64,000 bases of DNA from Chitinophaga pinensis (GCA_945860565.1 CAMAQS010000002.1:1951-65950); one strand, 5' to 3'; counted from the first letter of the stretch, positions 12,511 through 23,554 are shown. Made by a program: numbers and translations. The notes: generated from the sequence alone by a model not told the origin.

Positions 12511-14349
12511 GTGTCTATTTTTGTAAATATGTCAATTATTTCAAATAAGTGGTCTTTGGTTGCAATTGCAGTTTTTTCAATTCAATCCTTAAGTGCCCAA
12601 AAAGTGGTTAAAGGTTATCCTTTAGTTCAAAGGTTGAATAGTTTTAAAGAAATTACCTTAACAACAGATACTACCAAGTTAAGCGAAGCAGAAAAACGTT
12701 GCGTTATGTATCTCATAGAAGCTGCGAAAAGTGCGGATGAGATATTTTGGAAACAAACATACATGGCTAAAAAAGATGCCCTAAAGGGAATTAAAAACGA
12801 TACTCTAAAGCGTTTTTTGGAGATTAACTATGGGCCTTGGGATCGGTTAAATAACGACAAACCGTTCATGGCAGGTGTAGGCGAAAAACCCAAGGGTGTG
12901 AATTATTATCCAGCGGATTTTGATCCCAAAATGGTGACTGAAGACATTAAGGAAAGGGTTTTATCACCGTACACCGTAATTAAAAACTCTCCCAAAGTTC
13001 CTGTTGACCCTGGTAAAAATCCCCCAAAAGAAGGAGAAATGATGGCTCCAATGGAAATGTTTCCATTAAAAAATGGGAATATGGTAACTGTTGAAGACTT
13101 TGGATTTGCCTATAATAAAGATATGAGAGAGCTCATTGCTTCATTGGAAAAAGCTGCCGATGCCATTGAATCTGAAGATGCCAAATTCGCCCAATTTTTA
13201 AGAATGAGGGGGGGTGCAATTATGACCAATAATTTAGTTATGTCGGATATTGACTGGTTAAATTTGAATTCTCATTTGGATATCATTATTGGCCCTATTG
13301 AGAATTACGAAGATAAATTAACTGGGCAAAAAACCGCCTTCGAAGCATACGTTTTAGTGAGAGATGTTGAATGGGGTGAAAAATTGAAAAAGTACATTGG
13401 ATATTTACCGGAGTTGCAAGCGGGATTGCCTGTTGATGCTCCATACAAGCCTGAATTGGCAAAGAATGAAGAATTATCGGGTGTTGATGAAGGTGCAATG
13501 GAAATGATTGAAGAGCCTGGTTTTCCACCCATGCCCAAACCGAAATCGGCACTGAGTCAATTGGCTGTTTTTGATGTGGTGTATTATGGTGGGGACTGTA
13601 ATTCTGGGAGTAAAACCATTGCTGTGAACTTGCCAAATGATGAAACAATTCAAAAGTATTTTGGGACAAGAAGATCGCAGTTGAAAAATGCCATGAAGGC
13701 TAAGTTTGACGAAATTGTTATGCCTATTTCAAAGACCTTGATTGTTTCAAATCAACAAGCAAATATAAAGTTCGATGCATTTTTTGCCAATGTCATGTTC
13801 CATGAAGTGGCACATGGACTGGGTGTAAAAAACTTGGTTTCTGATGCAAGTAAAACCGTAAGAGAAGCATTGGGCCCTGATTATTCTGCTATTGAAGAGT
13901 GTAAAGCAGATGTTTTAGGACTTTATATGGTTACAAAATTGGTTGAAAAGGGCGAATTGTCTGGGAAATTAGATGACTACTATGTTACGTTTGTGGCATC
14001 TGTTTTTAGGTCTGTTCGATTTGGAGCTTCAAGTGCCCATGGTAAAGCAAATATGATTACGTTTAACACGCTTTTGAATAAGGGTGCTATATCAAAAGGA
14101 CCAAAAGGATATTCGGTAAACGTAAATGAAATGAAAAATGTAATCGGCGCATTGGCGGCTGAGTTATTGGTTCTTCAAGGAGATGGCAATACGAAGGGTG
14201 TTACAACAATGTTGAGCACACGTGGTGTTGTTACCGAGTATTTGAATGCTGATTTGGCAAAATTGCAAAAAGCAAATATCCCCGTTGATTTAATCTTTAA
14301 ACAAGGGATGAAAGCAATGGGGTTACAACGTTTAGAGTTAAATAAATAG
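12511..14349 (+). CDS. Secreted zinc metallopeptidase, M49 (DPP III)-like
   Basis: Signal peptide. HEVAHGLG (HExxH) followed by EECKAD resembles the M49 HExxGH...EECRAE pair. The true start may be the second ATG at 12529. Confidence 0.45.
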   Translation: MSIFVNMSIISNKWSLVAIAVFSIQSLSAQKVVKGYPLVQRLNSFKEITLTTDTTKLSEAEKRCVMYLIEAAKSADEIFWKQTYMAKKDALKGIKNDTLKRFLEINYGPWDRLNNDKPFMAGVGEKPKGVNYYPADFDPKMVTEDIKERVLSPYTVIKNSPKVPVDPGKNPPKEGEMMAPMEMFPLKNGNMVTVEDFGFAYNKDMRELIASLEKAADAIESEDAKFAQFLRMRGGAIMTNNLVMSDIDWLNLNSHLDIIIGPIENYEDKLTGQKTAFEAYVLVRDVEWGEKLKKYIGYLPELQAGLPVDAPYKPELAKNEELSGVDEGAMEMIEEPGFPPMPKPKSALSQLAVFDVVYYGGDCNSGSKTIAVNLPNDETIQKYFGTRRSQLKNAMKAKFDEIVMPISKTLIVSNQQANIKFDAFFANVMFHEVAHGLGVKNLVSDASKTVREALGPDYSAIEECKADVLGLYMVTKLVEKGELSGKLDDYYVTFVASVFRSVRFGASSAHGKANMITFNTLLNKGAISKGPKGYSVNVNEMKNVIGALAAELLVLQGDGNTKGVTTMLSTRGVVTEYLNADLAKLQKANIPVDLIFKQGMKAMGLQRLELNK

Positions 14350-14361
14350 GAGAAGATATAG

Positions 14362-16455
14362 ATGAAAAAATGGATGTCATTGGGCGGAATTTCTGCCATT
14401 ATAGTGGTTTTGGTGTTTTGTAGCAACAAGCCGTTTTCGGCTGAAGAGCCATTGCTGAATAGTTTGTTGAATGCACTAAATTCCCAACATTACGCGCCAA
14501 AACAATTGAATGATTCATTTTCAAAGTTGGCCTATGAGAATTTGTTTGAAAATATTGATGGCGACAAACAATTTTTTACTGACCAAGACATGAAAAGGTT
14601 TAGTAAATACAAAACATCCATCGATGACCAAATTAGCAACGGTAGATTTGATTTTTTCGATACCGTTTGGACAGTGATGATGCGCAGATTGGATGTGATA
14701 GAACCTTTGGTAAAAGATGAGTTGAGCAATTCTTTAGATTATTCAAAATCTGTATCGTATGAAGTTAAAGATGAACCCACTAAATATGCCAAAGATTTAG
14801 AAGATTTAAAGTGTAATTGGAAAAATTGGGCGAGATACCAAACTGTGGATAGATTGTACCGCAAGATGGATCAGCAGAAGAAAATAAAACCAACAGACAA
14901 GGATTCCGTAAAGGTAGAACCTAAACCGTATGATACATTAGAGTTAAAATCAAGAATAGAAACTAAAAAATTTATTGGCGATTGGTTTAAACGTTGGAGA
15001 AAAATGGATAGAAAAGAACAATTAACTTTTTATGCCAATACCATCGCCGAAGTTTATGATCCACATACCAATTATTTCCCTCCAGAAGATAAAGCAAATT
15101 TCGATATTTCTATGACCGGAAAATTGGAAGGAATAGGCGCAACGTTGTCAGAGAGAGATGGATACGTAAAAGTTGAAAGTATAGTTCCAGGCAGTGCAAG
15201 TTACAAACAAGGTGATTTAAAAGCAGGTGACATGATTCTTAAGGTGGCACAAGGCAACAATGAGTTTGTGGACATCGTTGATATGAAACTAGATGATGCC
15301 ATTCAATTAATACGAGGCAAAAAAGGTACCACAGTTCGGTTAACGGTTAAAAAACCCGATGGTGCCATAAAAATAATTCCAATTGTTAGAGAGCAAGTTG
15401 TAATTGAAGAGAGTTATGCCCGCAGTGCATTGGTTAAATTTAAAGATTTGACCTTTGGAGTGATACAATTACCCAGTTTTTATGCCGACTTTTCTGCTCG
15501 AGGAAGAGGAAGAAATTGTTCAAGAGATGTTTCAATTGAAATTGAAAAATTGAGGGAATCAAGTGTCGATGGAATCATTTTAGACCTTAGAAACAACGGG
15601 GGTGGTAGTTTGGCTGATGCAATAGACATGAGTGGATTGTTCATTAAATCAGGCCCAATTGTTCAGGTTAAACGCCCAAAAGGACAAATTGATGTGGCGG
15701 AAGATCCTGATCAGAATATTCAATACAGTGGACCTTTGGTGGTTTTGACAAATAACTATAGTGCATCGGCTTCCGAAATTTTGGCAGCAGCCCTTCAAGA
15801 CTATGAACGTGCAGTGATTGTTGGAACCAAGAGTACATTTGGCAAAGGAACTGTTCAAACCATGATTCCCCTAGAAGGTGGTAAGTCTGAAGTATTTAAG
15901 AGCGGTTTAGGCGAATTGAAAATAACCATACAAAAGTTTTATAGAATAAATGGGGGTACCACTCAATTAATGGGTGTTATTCCAGATGTAATTGTTCCAG
16001 ACATTTATGACGGAATAAAACGAGGAGAAAAGGAAATGGATTATCATTTGCCATTTGATCAAATTAAACCTGCTCGTTATAACAAACAACGCATTAAAGG
16101 CTATGATGAGGCAATAAAACACGGAAGATTATGTGTTAATAATGAATCGTATTTTGAGGCAGTTACCAAAAGGTCTAAACAAATTGCCACCATTCGTAAA
16201 TCCATGAAGTACAATTTAAAATTGTCTGAATATGAAAAACAAATGGAAGCATTTAATAAGTTGGACAAGGAATTCAAGGATTTTAGTTACAAAACCCGCA
16301 CAGATTCAGTGTATGCCTTACCTATTGATTTAATGTTGGTAAAAGATGATGCATTAAAGACCACACAAAAAACAACATGGTTGAAAAGGTATGCGAAAGA
16401 TGCAGAATTGGATATGGCCGCCGAAGTATTGTATAATTGGGCAAAAAAGCCTTAG
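14362..16455 (+). CDS. prc: S41 carboxyl-terminal processing (tail-specific) protease
   Basis: PDZ region (GIGATLSERDGYVKVESIVPGSASYKQGDLKAGDMIL), the S41 motifs RNNGGGSL and SASASEILAAALQD, about 697 aa like Prc. Confidence 0.85.
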   Translation: MKKWMSLGGISAIIVVLVFCSNKPFSAEEPLLNSLLNALNSQHYAPKQLNDSFSKLAYENLFENIDGDKQFFTDQDMKRFSKYKTSIDDQISNGRFDFFDTVWTVMMRRLDVIEPLVKDELSNSLDYSKSVSYEVKDEPTKYAKDLEDLKCNWKNWARYQTVDRLYRKMDQQKKIKPTDKDSVKVEPKPYDTLELKSRIETKKFIGDWFKRWRKMDRKEQLTFYANTIAEVYDPHTNYFPPEDKANFDISMTGKLEGIGATLSERDGYVKVESIVPGSASYKQGDLKAGDMILKVAQGNNEFVDIVDMKLDDAIQLIRGKKGTTVRLTVKKPDGAIKIIPIVREQVVIEESYARSALVKFKDLTFGVIQLPSFYADFSARGRGRNCSRDVSIEIEKLRESSVDGIILDLRNNGGGSLADAIDMSGLFIKSGPIVQVKRPKGQIDVAEDPDQNIQYSGPLVVLTNNYSASASEILAAALQDYERAVIVGTKSTFGKGTVQTMIPLEGGKSEVFKSGLGELKITIQKFYRINGGTTQLMGVIPDVIVPDIYDGIKRGEKEMDYHLPFDQIKPARYNKQRIKGYDEAIKHGRLCVNNESYFEAVTKRSKQIATIRKSMKYNLKLSEYEKQMEAFNKLDKEFKDFSYKTRTDSVYALPIDLMLVKDDALKTTQKTTWLKRYAKDAELDMAAEVLYNWAKKP

Positions 16456-17115
16456 TTAATCCTTCCAAAGAGATTGGAAAAGAACTCCTGTTAGCACCAA
16501 GATCATCACATCTAAAGAGGCTAACAGGAGAATATCTTTATTCACTGAGCTTACAAGTACCGGATTAAATGCCTTTTTTGATGCTTTTATTCCAACCAAT
16601 AACAAAGGTAAAATAATAGGTAAACTCAATACAGGTGCGAGAAATCCAGCTCCTCCAGCTTTGGTTGCCACTGCTCCTATAAATGTAAATAGACTAGATA
16701 TTCCGCCGGTTACCAATAAGAGGATTGACAAATAAGTTGTTAAGTGTTCAACGGGTATGCCCATAAACCATCCAAAAAAGAGTAGGTTCACAGTTGTTAA
16801 AAACAACATACTAAGCCAACCATAAATCATTTTTGACCACAACATTTCTCCAGGTGATGAAAGTTGGTTCCAATAAATCCACCTATTTTTAGAAACCAAG
16901 GTAAAGCTTTTGGCTACGGCATTTAAGGTGCAAAATATGAGTGTTATCCAAAAAAGGCTATTCCAAGCATTTGAGGTGATTTTAGGCTGTGACAACATAG
17001 ACAACATGGCCATGGTGCCTAATTGCAGGATTGCGGATGCCAATATGCTCGGACGCTTAATATCGAGTGTCCATTCCATTTGAATAAGTACAAATACCTT
17101 TTTTATACTGCGCAT
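16456..17115 (-). CDS. Polytopic membrane protein, CcmB-like ABC-2 heme-exporter permease candidate
   Basis: Six predicted transmembrane helices. IGAVATKAGGAGFLAPVLSLPIILPLLLVG resembles the CcmB core. The start is moved to the internal Met (ORF track 17241) to remove overlap with accC. Confidence 0.4.
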   Translation of the reverse strand: MRSIKKVFVLIQMEWTLDIKRPSILASAILQLGTMAMLSMLSQPKITSNAWNSLFWITLIFCTLNAVAKSFTLVSKNRWIYWNQLSSPGEMLWSKMIYGWLSMLFLTTVNLLFFGWFMGIPVEHLTTYLSILLLVTGGISSLFTFIGAVATKAGGAGFLAPVLSLPIILPLLLVGIKASKKAFNPVLVSSVNKDILLLASLDVMILVLTGVLFQSLWKD

Positions 17116-17182
17116 CTTATTTACCTTCGCGAAGGTAAACCAAAATAATGGTCCCCAAACAAAGGAGTTAAATAGATAAATT

Positions 17183-18688
17183 ATGTTTTCAAAGATATTA
17201 ATAGCAAATAGAGGTGAAATTGCCATTCGTGTGATGCGCACATGCAGAGAAATGGGAATAAAAACAGTGGCCGTATATAGCGAAGCCGATGTGATGGCGC
17301 GTCACGTGCGCTATGCCGATGAGGCTTATTGTATTGGTCCCGCCGCTTCCAGTGAAAGCTATTTGAAAATGGATACCATAATTGAAGTTTGCAATAAAAC
17401 AGGAGCACAAGCAGTTCATCCAGGTTATGGATTTTTGTCCGAAAATGCAGTTTTTGCGCGCAAATTGCAAGACAATGGAATTGTATTAATTGGTCCAACT
17501 CCTGAGGCAATGGAAATAATGGGTAGTAAAATTGCGAGTAAACAGGCTGTCGAGAAATTTGGTGTTCCGTTGGTTCCCGGTATTAATGAGGCTATAGTCG
17601 ATGCCGATGAAGCTTTGCAAGTGGCAATAGACATAGGCTTTCCTGTATTAATTAAGGCCTCGGCAGGTGGTGGAGGAAAAGGGATGAGAGCAGTGTATCA
17701 AAAGGAAGAATTTTTATCGGCATTGGTAGCTGCGCAAAATGAAGCCAGAAGCGCTTTTGGTGACGATAGCGTCTTTATTGAAAAATATGTTGGAAATCCA
17801 AGACACATTGAATTTCAAATTATGGCCGATACTTTTGGCAATGTTTGTCATCTGTTCGAACGCGAATGTAGCATACAACGCAGACATCAAAAGTTGGTAG
17901 AAGAAGCGCCAAGTGTTGCCTTGACTGAGGAAATTCGTGCTAAAATGGGCGAGGCAGCTGTGAATGTTGCTCGGGCATGTAATTATACTGGGGCTGGAAC
18001 TGTAGAGTTCTTATTGGGTGACAATGGCAGTTTTTATTTTCTTGAAATGAATACGCGTCTACAAGTAGAACATCCTGTAACAGAAATGATAACCGGATTG
18101 GATTTGGTAAAAGAACAATTGAATGTGGCTTTCGGACTTCCGCTTTCATTTAATCAAAATGAATTAACCATAAATGGACATGCTATAGAACTAAGGGTTT
18201 GTGCGGAAAATCCATTTCAGCAGTTTTTGCCTAATGTGGGTACCGTGAATACCTATTTGATCCCAGCGGGACCCGGTGTTAGGGTCGATGATTGCATGGA
18301 ATCGAACATGGAAATTCCCATTTATTACGACAATATGTTGGCCAAGTTGGTGGTTTGGGGGAAAGATAGAAATCAAGCAATTGCCAGAATGAAAAGAGCA
18401 ATTCAAGAATATATTATTACTGGAATTCAAACTACTTTGCCTTTTGGAGAATTTGTGATGTCTCATCCCAATTTTATTTCGGGGGATATTGATACTCATT
18501 TTATACAGAATTTCTACCATCCCGAAAGTGAGTTTGAATCTATTACAGAAGAAGAACTGGCATTGTTGGCAACTGGTGTTGCATTCTTGTTTGAAGAAAC
18601 AAAATCTCAGCTTCAAAATTCAGTAGGGGAACAAAATAATCAGGCTGAACATTCAGCTTGGCAGACAAACAGAAGGTCTTCAAGATAA
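17183..18688 (+). CDS. accC: Biotin carboxylase (acetyl/propionyl-CoA carboxylase subunit)
   Basis: MFSKILIANRGEIAIRVMRTCREMGIKTVAVYSEAD, an ATP-grasp fold, and EMNTRLQVEHPVTE. Confidence 0.9.
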   Translation: MFSKILIANRGEIAIRVMRTCREMGIKTVAVYSEADVMARHVRYADEAYCIGPAASSESYLKMDTIIEVCNKTGAQAVHPGYGFLSENAVFARKLQDNGIVLIGPTPEAMEIMGSKIASKQAVEKFGVPLVPGINEAIVDADEALQVAIDIGFPVLIKASAGGGGKGMRAVYQKEEFLSALVAAQNEARSAFGDDSVFIEKYVGNPRHIEFQIMADTFGNVCHLFERECSIQRRHQKLVEEAPSVALTEEIRAKMGEAAVNVARACNYTGAGTVEFLLGDNGSFYFLEMNTRLQVEHPVTEMITGLDLVKEQLNVAFGLPLSFNQNELTINGHAIELRVCAENPFQQFLPNVGTVNTYLIPAGPGVRVDDCMESNMEIPIYYDNMLAKLVVWGKDRNQAIARMKRAIQEYIITGIQTTLPFGEFVMSHPNFISGDIDTHFIQNFYHPESEFESITEEELALLATGVAFLFEETKSQLQNSVGEQNNQAEHSAWQTNRRSSR

Positions 18689-18694
18689 ATTAAG

Positions 18695-19627
18695 ATGCCG
18701 CATGTATTGATTGTGGACGATGTTCATTCCTGTTTGATAGAAGGGCTTCAGGATAATGGTTTTCTGGTGCACTATGAACCAGATATTCGGAGTGAAGATA
18801 TTGTTTCGTTTATAAATGCCAAGAATATTGAAGGTTTGGTAGTACGCAGTAAATGTTTCATCGGCGAAGTTTTTCTGAAATCGAATTCAAGTCTTAAATG
18901 GATTGCCCGGGCTGGGGCTGGAATGGATAATATTGATGAAAAATCGGCCACCGAAAAAGGAATAATCTTACTGAACGCAGGCAATGCCAATTCAAATGCG
19001 GTTGCCGAACATACATTGGGCATGATTATTGGGGCATGTCGAAATTTGACAAAATCACACAATGAAGTGATTCAGGGCATTTGGGAAAGAGAAGGAAATC
19101 GGGGAGTTGAAATAAGTGGAAAAAAGATAGGAATTATCGGATTTGGGAACATTGGTTCGCTGCTGGCTCAAAAATTAAGTGTTTTGGGTATGCAAGTTTT
19201 TGCTTTTGATAAGTATAAGAAGAATTTTGGATACGCCGGTGTAAAAGAAGTGGATTTGCCCTCTTTAATGGAAGAGGTCGAAATTTTAAGCTTACATGTG
19301 CCTTTAACAATAGAAACGACCAACATGATTAACGACGAATTTATTGAAGGTATGAAGAAGCCATTTTTGCTCATAAATACAGCGCGTGGACCTGTGGTTA
19401 ACTACGAATCTGTTCTCAACGGTTTAAATAGTGGAAAAGTTACAGGCTTATTAGGCGATGTTTTTGAAGTAGAGCCACCATCAAAAGGTACGGAAAAACA
19501 AACAAAACTATTTCAAGATTTGTGTCATAAAAGAAATGTAATGTTTTCGCCACATGTTGCAGGATGGACGGTAGAAAGTTATCGACGAATTTCTGAGGTA
19601 TTGTTACATAAGATATTGAAATTGTAG
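18695..19627 (+). CDS. D-isomer-specific 2-hydroxyacid dehydrogenase (PGDH-like)
   Basis: NAD-binding GIIGFGNIGSLLAQKL, the catalytic region TARGPVVN, and HVAGWT. Confidence 0.8.
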   Translation: MPHVLIVDDVHSCLIEGLQDNGFLVHYEPDIRSEDIVSFINAKNIEGLVVRSKCFIGEVFLKSNSSLKWIARAGAGMDNIDEKSATEKGIILLNAGNANSNAVAEHTLGMIIGACRNLTKSHNEVIQGIWEREGNRGVEISGKKIGIIGFGNIGSLLAQKLSVLGMQVFAFDKYKKNFGYAGVKEVDLPSLMEEVEILSLHVPLTIETTNMINDEFIEGMKKPFLLINTARGPVVNYESVLNGLNSGKVTGLLGDVFEVEPPSKGTEKQTKLFQDLCHKRNVMFSPHVAGWTVESYRRISEVLLHKILKL

Positions 19628-19787
19628 AAGTTGGACATTACTGTGACAAATTTCCAATTTCTATACATAAAAATGAGTGATTTTCCTAGTAAAATAAAGT
19701 TGGTAAATCTTAGTTTTTTCGATAAACTTGCCAATTAATGCGTGGAACTTTTTCGCGTTTTATAGAATTAATAGAATACACGAACAT

Positions 19788-22700
19788 ATGAAGGATAAAT
19801 TACTCAGATTAGTATTTACAGCAGCGTTGGGATTGGTGTCCGTTTTTGCACAAGCACAAACCAACTTTGCAGATTTTCGCGTGAAAGCAAGCGATGGAGA
19901 TGGAAAGCCATTGAGTGGGGTGAACGTTAAAATGTATTTAAATGACATTTTAAAAACATCAGATACCACGGACAGTGATGGAAATGCCTTGTTTCAAACG
20001 TTAAACCCGGGAACATACCGTGTTGAACTGTCAAAAACTGGATTTTCTACCCAAAAATATGACGAAATGCAACTAAATGTGGGACTAAATGAGCCCTTGC
20101 AAGCTACCATGACAAATCAAATGGGTGCAGTAATCATTACCAAAAAGAGTACTGGTAAAGTCATAAAGCTGGAAAACAATGATGTCACCATGACTGGTGG
20201 AGCGGCAATTAATAGCGGTCGAAGAGGCATTGGTGCCATCACAGCAACCAATTCTGCAATTATTGAATCTAGACAAGGTATTTCTGTGAGGGGTACACGT
20301 TCAGATGGTAATGGAACATTCATCGACGGGATGAGAACTACAGGTTCCGGTGCAGTTCCTTCATTGGGTGTGGACCAGCTCTCCGTAAATATTGGGGGTA
20401 TTCCTGCCATGTATGGCGATTTAACAGGTGGTGCGTTTTCTTACACAACCAAAAGCGCTACAGAAAAAACGGTTACCATTTTTGAAGGCATTACTTCTAC
20501 TTTGTTAGATCCTTATGGGTACAATTCGGTTGAAGGTTTTATATCTGGACCACTTTGGACAAAAGAATATAAAAACGAAGAAGGCAAAACAGAAAAATTG
20601 GTAAAATTGGGGTATACACTTAACGGAAACGTAGGGTATTACAACGACCCTGATCCAACCAGAACGGGTGTATATGTTTTAAAAGAAGATAAATTAAAAG
20701 AAGTTGAAAACAATCCGTTGGTATTTACACCCAATGGGTTCGTTCACAGCGCATCTTATTTGAAGGAATCAGATTTTGAACGTTTGGCGGCCCGTCCTAC
20801 ATCTGCTCAATATAATGGCAACTTTATTGGTAAATTAGAGTTTAATCCAACGAAATACGTTTCAGTAACTGCATATTCAAGTTATTTTTATGGTGGAGGC
20901 CGTAACGCTACGAACTCAATCATGAACTTTAATGACAATGCCCGAACTGACAACCATACCTTTAGGGCTTACTTACAGTTCAAACAAACCTTTAAGGTGA
21001 AAAAAGAAAGTACCGTAAAAAGTGCCTTTTATACCATCCGTGCAGAATATCAAAATGCGTTTTCTCAGAGTAGAAGTGCAGAGCATTTGGATAACTATTT
21101 TGATTATGGTTATGTTGGAACTTTCCAATCTTACCCTACTCCAGTATTTGCCTATGCAAACTACGATCAACAACAGAATCCAAACAAAGAGCCACGTGTA
21201 GTGCGTGATCAAAACGGCAATTATGTTCAATTACGCAACTATTGGGATCAAATAGGATTTTCAGATACATTGTTAACTTTTAATGCAAGTGAATTAAATC
21301 CTATTCGTGCCCGTTATACTCAAAATATATACGATTATTACGATAGTCGCGGATTCAGAGTTGCAAGTCCACAAACGATTTTGTTAAGTCAGGGTATGTT
21401 GAATGGGTACAATCCGAATCCAGTGTATTCCTTGTGGGCAACCCCAGGAACCATTCCTAACGTTTGGGCTAAATCACAAACTGAAAAATATTCTGTTTTT
21501 GCTTTAGGACAAATGCAATACAAACCTAAAACTGTAAACGGAAGAGAAAGACCTCCACACGATTTACAAGCTGGTTTTTATTATGAGCAAAACATTAACC
21601 GCGGTTACAATCTAAATGCCAATGGTTTATGGGTGTTAATGGGGCAGTTAATGAACAAACACATTTCCGAATTAGATGTGAATAACCCAATTTTAAGTTA
21701 TGACGCAAACGGAGTGTTTACAGATACTGTGAGATACAATCGCTTAATAAACTATGGGGAACAGTCTAATTTTGACCGCAATTTCCGCGATAAGTTAATC
21801 TCACAAGGTGCCAAAGACGTTTATGGAAATTTGGTGAACGAAAGAACATTTGTGGACATCAACTCATTTAAGCCAGGAGATTTTAACATCAACATGTTCT
21901 CAGCAAATGAATTGTTGAACAATGGTAATGGTTATGCCAACTATTTTGGATATGACCATTTAGGTAATAAAGTGAACGGAAAACCAAGTATCAATCAGTT
22001 CTTGAACGATCCAAGTAAACGTACCATCGGTGCATTTCAACCCATTTACATAGCGGCTTGGTTGCAAGACCAATTTCAGTTTAAAGATTTGATTTTCCGC
22101 TTTGGTCTTCGTATGGAAAGATACGATGCCAACCAAATTGTGTTGAAGGATCCTTACAGTTTATATCCAATTCGCACTGCTGCTGAAGTGAAAAAAATTA
22201 ATGGTCTAGATGCAGTTCATCCTTCCAACGTTTCAGATGATGCCTACGTGTATGTAAACGACATGCAATCACCTACAAAAATCATTGGTTATAGAGAAGG
22301 TGATAAGTGGTACAATGCCGATGGTTCTGAACAAAGAAATCCAGAATTTTTAGCCAACCAAACTACCAACGGTAAAATTGCTCCCTATTTGGTAGATTAC
22401 AACAAACAAGAAGTAACTGATAAAACCTTTACCGACTATACCCCGGCCATTAATTTATTGCCCCGTATTTGGTTTTCATTCCCATTGGAACCTAAAAAGA
22501 AAACTTTCTACGTGAGTTATGATGTGTTGGCACAAAGACCAAATGCCGGTGCATCTTTTGTTTCTGTAGATGACATCTATTTCATGAAATTCCGTCAAGG
22601 TTCAACCATAGCAAATGGTTCCTTGGGCTCTCGTCTTAAAACAGATTATGAGGCAGGTTACAAACAAATTATTGGTAAAAAAGAGAATAAAGGTTTAGAG

Positions 22701-23537
22701 TTAAGTGTTGCGTATTCAGAAATTAGAAATGATTTTGGTTTGTATCAAATCAACCAAGGTTATCCTGTTACTTATACAACCTACAGAAACATCGATTTTG
22801 CTACCATAACCAGCTTTAGAGGTAATGTTTACATTCGCGATATTGGTCCCTTAACATTGTCTGCAAGTTATATGTTGCAGTTTGCGGATGGAACAGGTTC
22901 GAATATCAATTCACAGGCGGCATTGATTGCCAGCAATCAACCTAATTTGAGAACTGTAATTCCTTTGGGGGATTTGGATATTCGCCACAATATTAAATTG
23001 TCTTCTACTTGGGCTTGGGGTGGCGGACGCGATTTAAACCGCAAGAATTTATACAAAGGTCCAATGTTGTTTGGCAAGGAAATATTTAAATTTACAAGCA
23101 TCAATATCATTGCAAACACCTACAGTGGTGGACCATATACTCCAACAACCCGTGCGGTTCAAATTGGAGCAGTGGATAGAGCCCAAATTAAGGGTGTACC
23201 ATTTGGAGCGCGTTTGCCTTGGCAGTATAACTTCGATTTAAACTTTACCAAAGGATTCGAGTTGACCCGAAGTGGTGCAAAAAACCCTATTCAATTTAGT
23301 GTTTTCTTGTGGGTGAACAATGTGTTAAATACATGGAATGTATTGGGTGTATTCCCATTCACAGGACAGCCCAACGACGATGGATTCTTGAATTCACAAA
23401 ATGGGCAACTTCTTGTTAAAACGCAGGTGGATGCTCAAAGTTATACCGATTTATATCGCTTGTTTTTAAATTCTCAAACTGGCAACTGGAATGCTCCAAG
23501 AACCATCCGTTTGGGAGTGCGTTTTAATTTAAATTAA
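19788..23537 (+). CDS. Giant TonB-dependent-receptor-like outer-membrane protein (CarboxypepD_reg domain, plug, long barrel)
   Basis: Signal peptide (MKDKLLRLVFTAALGLVSVFAQA), a carboxypeptidase-regulatory-like domain (GTYRVELSKTGFSTQ), a plug-like ISVRGTRSDGNGTFIDGMR, then about 1000 aa rich in beta strands. Start moved to the internal ATG; the ORF track begins at 19728. Confidence 0.6.
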   Translation: MKDKLLRLVFTAALGLVSVFAQAQTNFADFRVKASDGDGKPLSGVNVKMYLNDILKTSDTTDSDGNALFQTLNPGTYRVELSKTGFSTQKYDEMQLNVGLNEPLQATMTNQMGAVIITKKSTGKVIKLENNDVTMTGGAAINSGRRGIGAITATNSAIIESRQGISVRGTRSDGNGTFIDGMRTTGSGAVPSLGVDQLSVNIGGIPAMYGDLTGGAFSYTTKSATEKTVTIFEGITSTLLDPYGYNSVEGFISGPLWTKEYKNEEGKTEKLVKLGYTLNGNVGYYNDPDPTRTGVYVLKEDKLKEVENNPLVFTPNGFVHSASYLKESDFERLAARPTSAQYNGNFIGKLEFNPTKYVSVTAYSSYFYGGGRNATNSIMNFNDNARTDNHTFRAYLQFKQTFKVKKESTVKSAFYTIRAEYQNAFSQSRSAEHLDNYFDYGYVGTFQSYPTPVFAYANYDQQQNPNKEPRVVRDQNGNYVQLRNYWDQIGFSDTLLTFNASELNPIRARYTQNIYDYYDSRGFRVASPQTILLSQGMLNGYNPNPVYSLWATPGTIPNVWAKSQTEKYSVFALGQMQYKPKTVNGRERPPHDLQAGFYYEQNINRGYNLNANGLWVLMGQLMNKHISELDVNNPILSYDANGVFTDTVRYNRLINYGEQSNFDRNFRDKLISQGAKDVYGNLVNERTFVDINSFKPGDFNINMFSANELLNNGNGYANYFGYDHLGNKVNGKPSINQFLNDPSKRTIGAFQPIYIAAWLQDQFQFKDLIFRFGLRMERYDANQIVLKDPYSLYPIRTAAEVKKINGLDAVHPSNVSDDAYVYVNDMQSPTKIIGYREGDKWYNADGSEQRNPEFLANQTTNGKIAPYLVDYNKQEVTDKTFTDYTPAINLLPRIWFSFPLEPKKKTFYVSYDVLAQRPNAGASFVSVDDIYFMKFRQGSTIANGSLGSRLKTDYEAGYKQIIGKKENKGLELSVAYSEIRNDFGLYQINQGYPVTYTTYRNIDFATITSFRGNVYIRDIGPLTLSASYMLQFADGTGSNINSQAALIASNQPNLRTVIPLGDLDIRHNIKLSSTWAWGGGRDLNRKNLYKGPMLFGKEIFKFTSINIIANTYSGGPYTPTTRAVQIGAVDRAQIKGVPFGARLPWQYNFDLNFTKGFELTRSGAKNPIQFSVFLWVNNVLNTWNVLGVFPFTGQPNDDGFLNSQNGQLLVKTQVDAQSYTDLYRLFLNSQTGNWNAPRTIRLGVRFNLN

Positions 23538-23554
23538 TTTAGAAAGGATTAGTA

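Noticed and set aside
12511-12530. Possible Bacteroidota -7 promoter box TATTTTTG overlapping the annotated start of the metallopeptidase gene
   Set aside because: The motif lies only 7 nt from the second ATG, too close for a functional -7 box and transcription start site. It is more likely coincidental AT-rich sequence, and the start codon choice (12511 versus 12529) stays ambiguous.
16456-17241. Apparent 59-nt head-to-head overlap between the CcmB-like membrane gene and accC
   Set aside because: An internal Met at 17115 (MRSIKK...) precedes the first transmembrane helix and leaves a normal divergent promoter gap. The overlap reflects use of the longest ORF.
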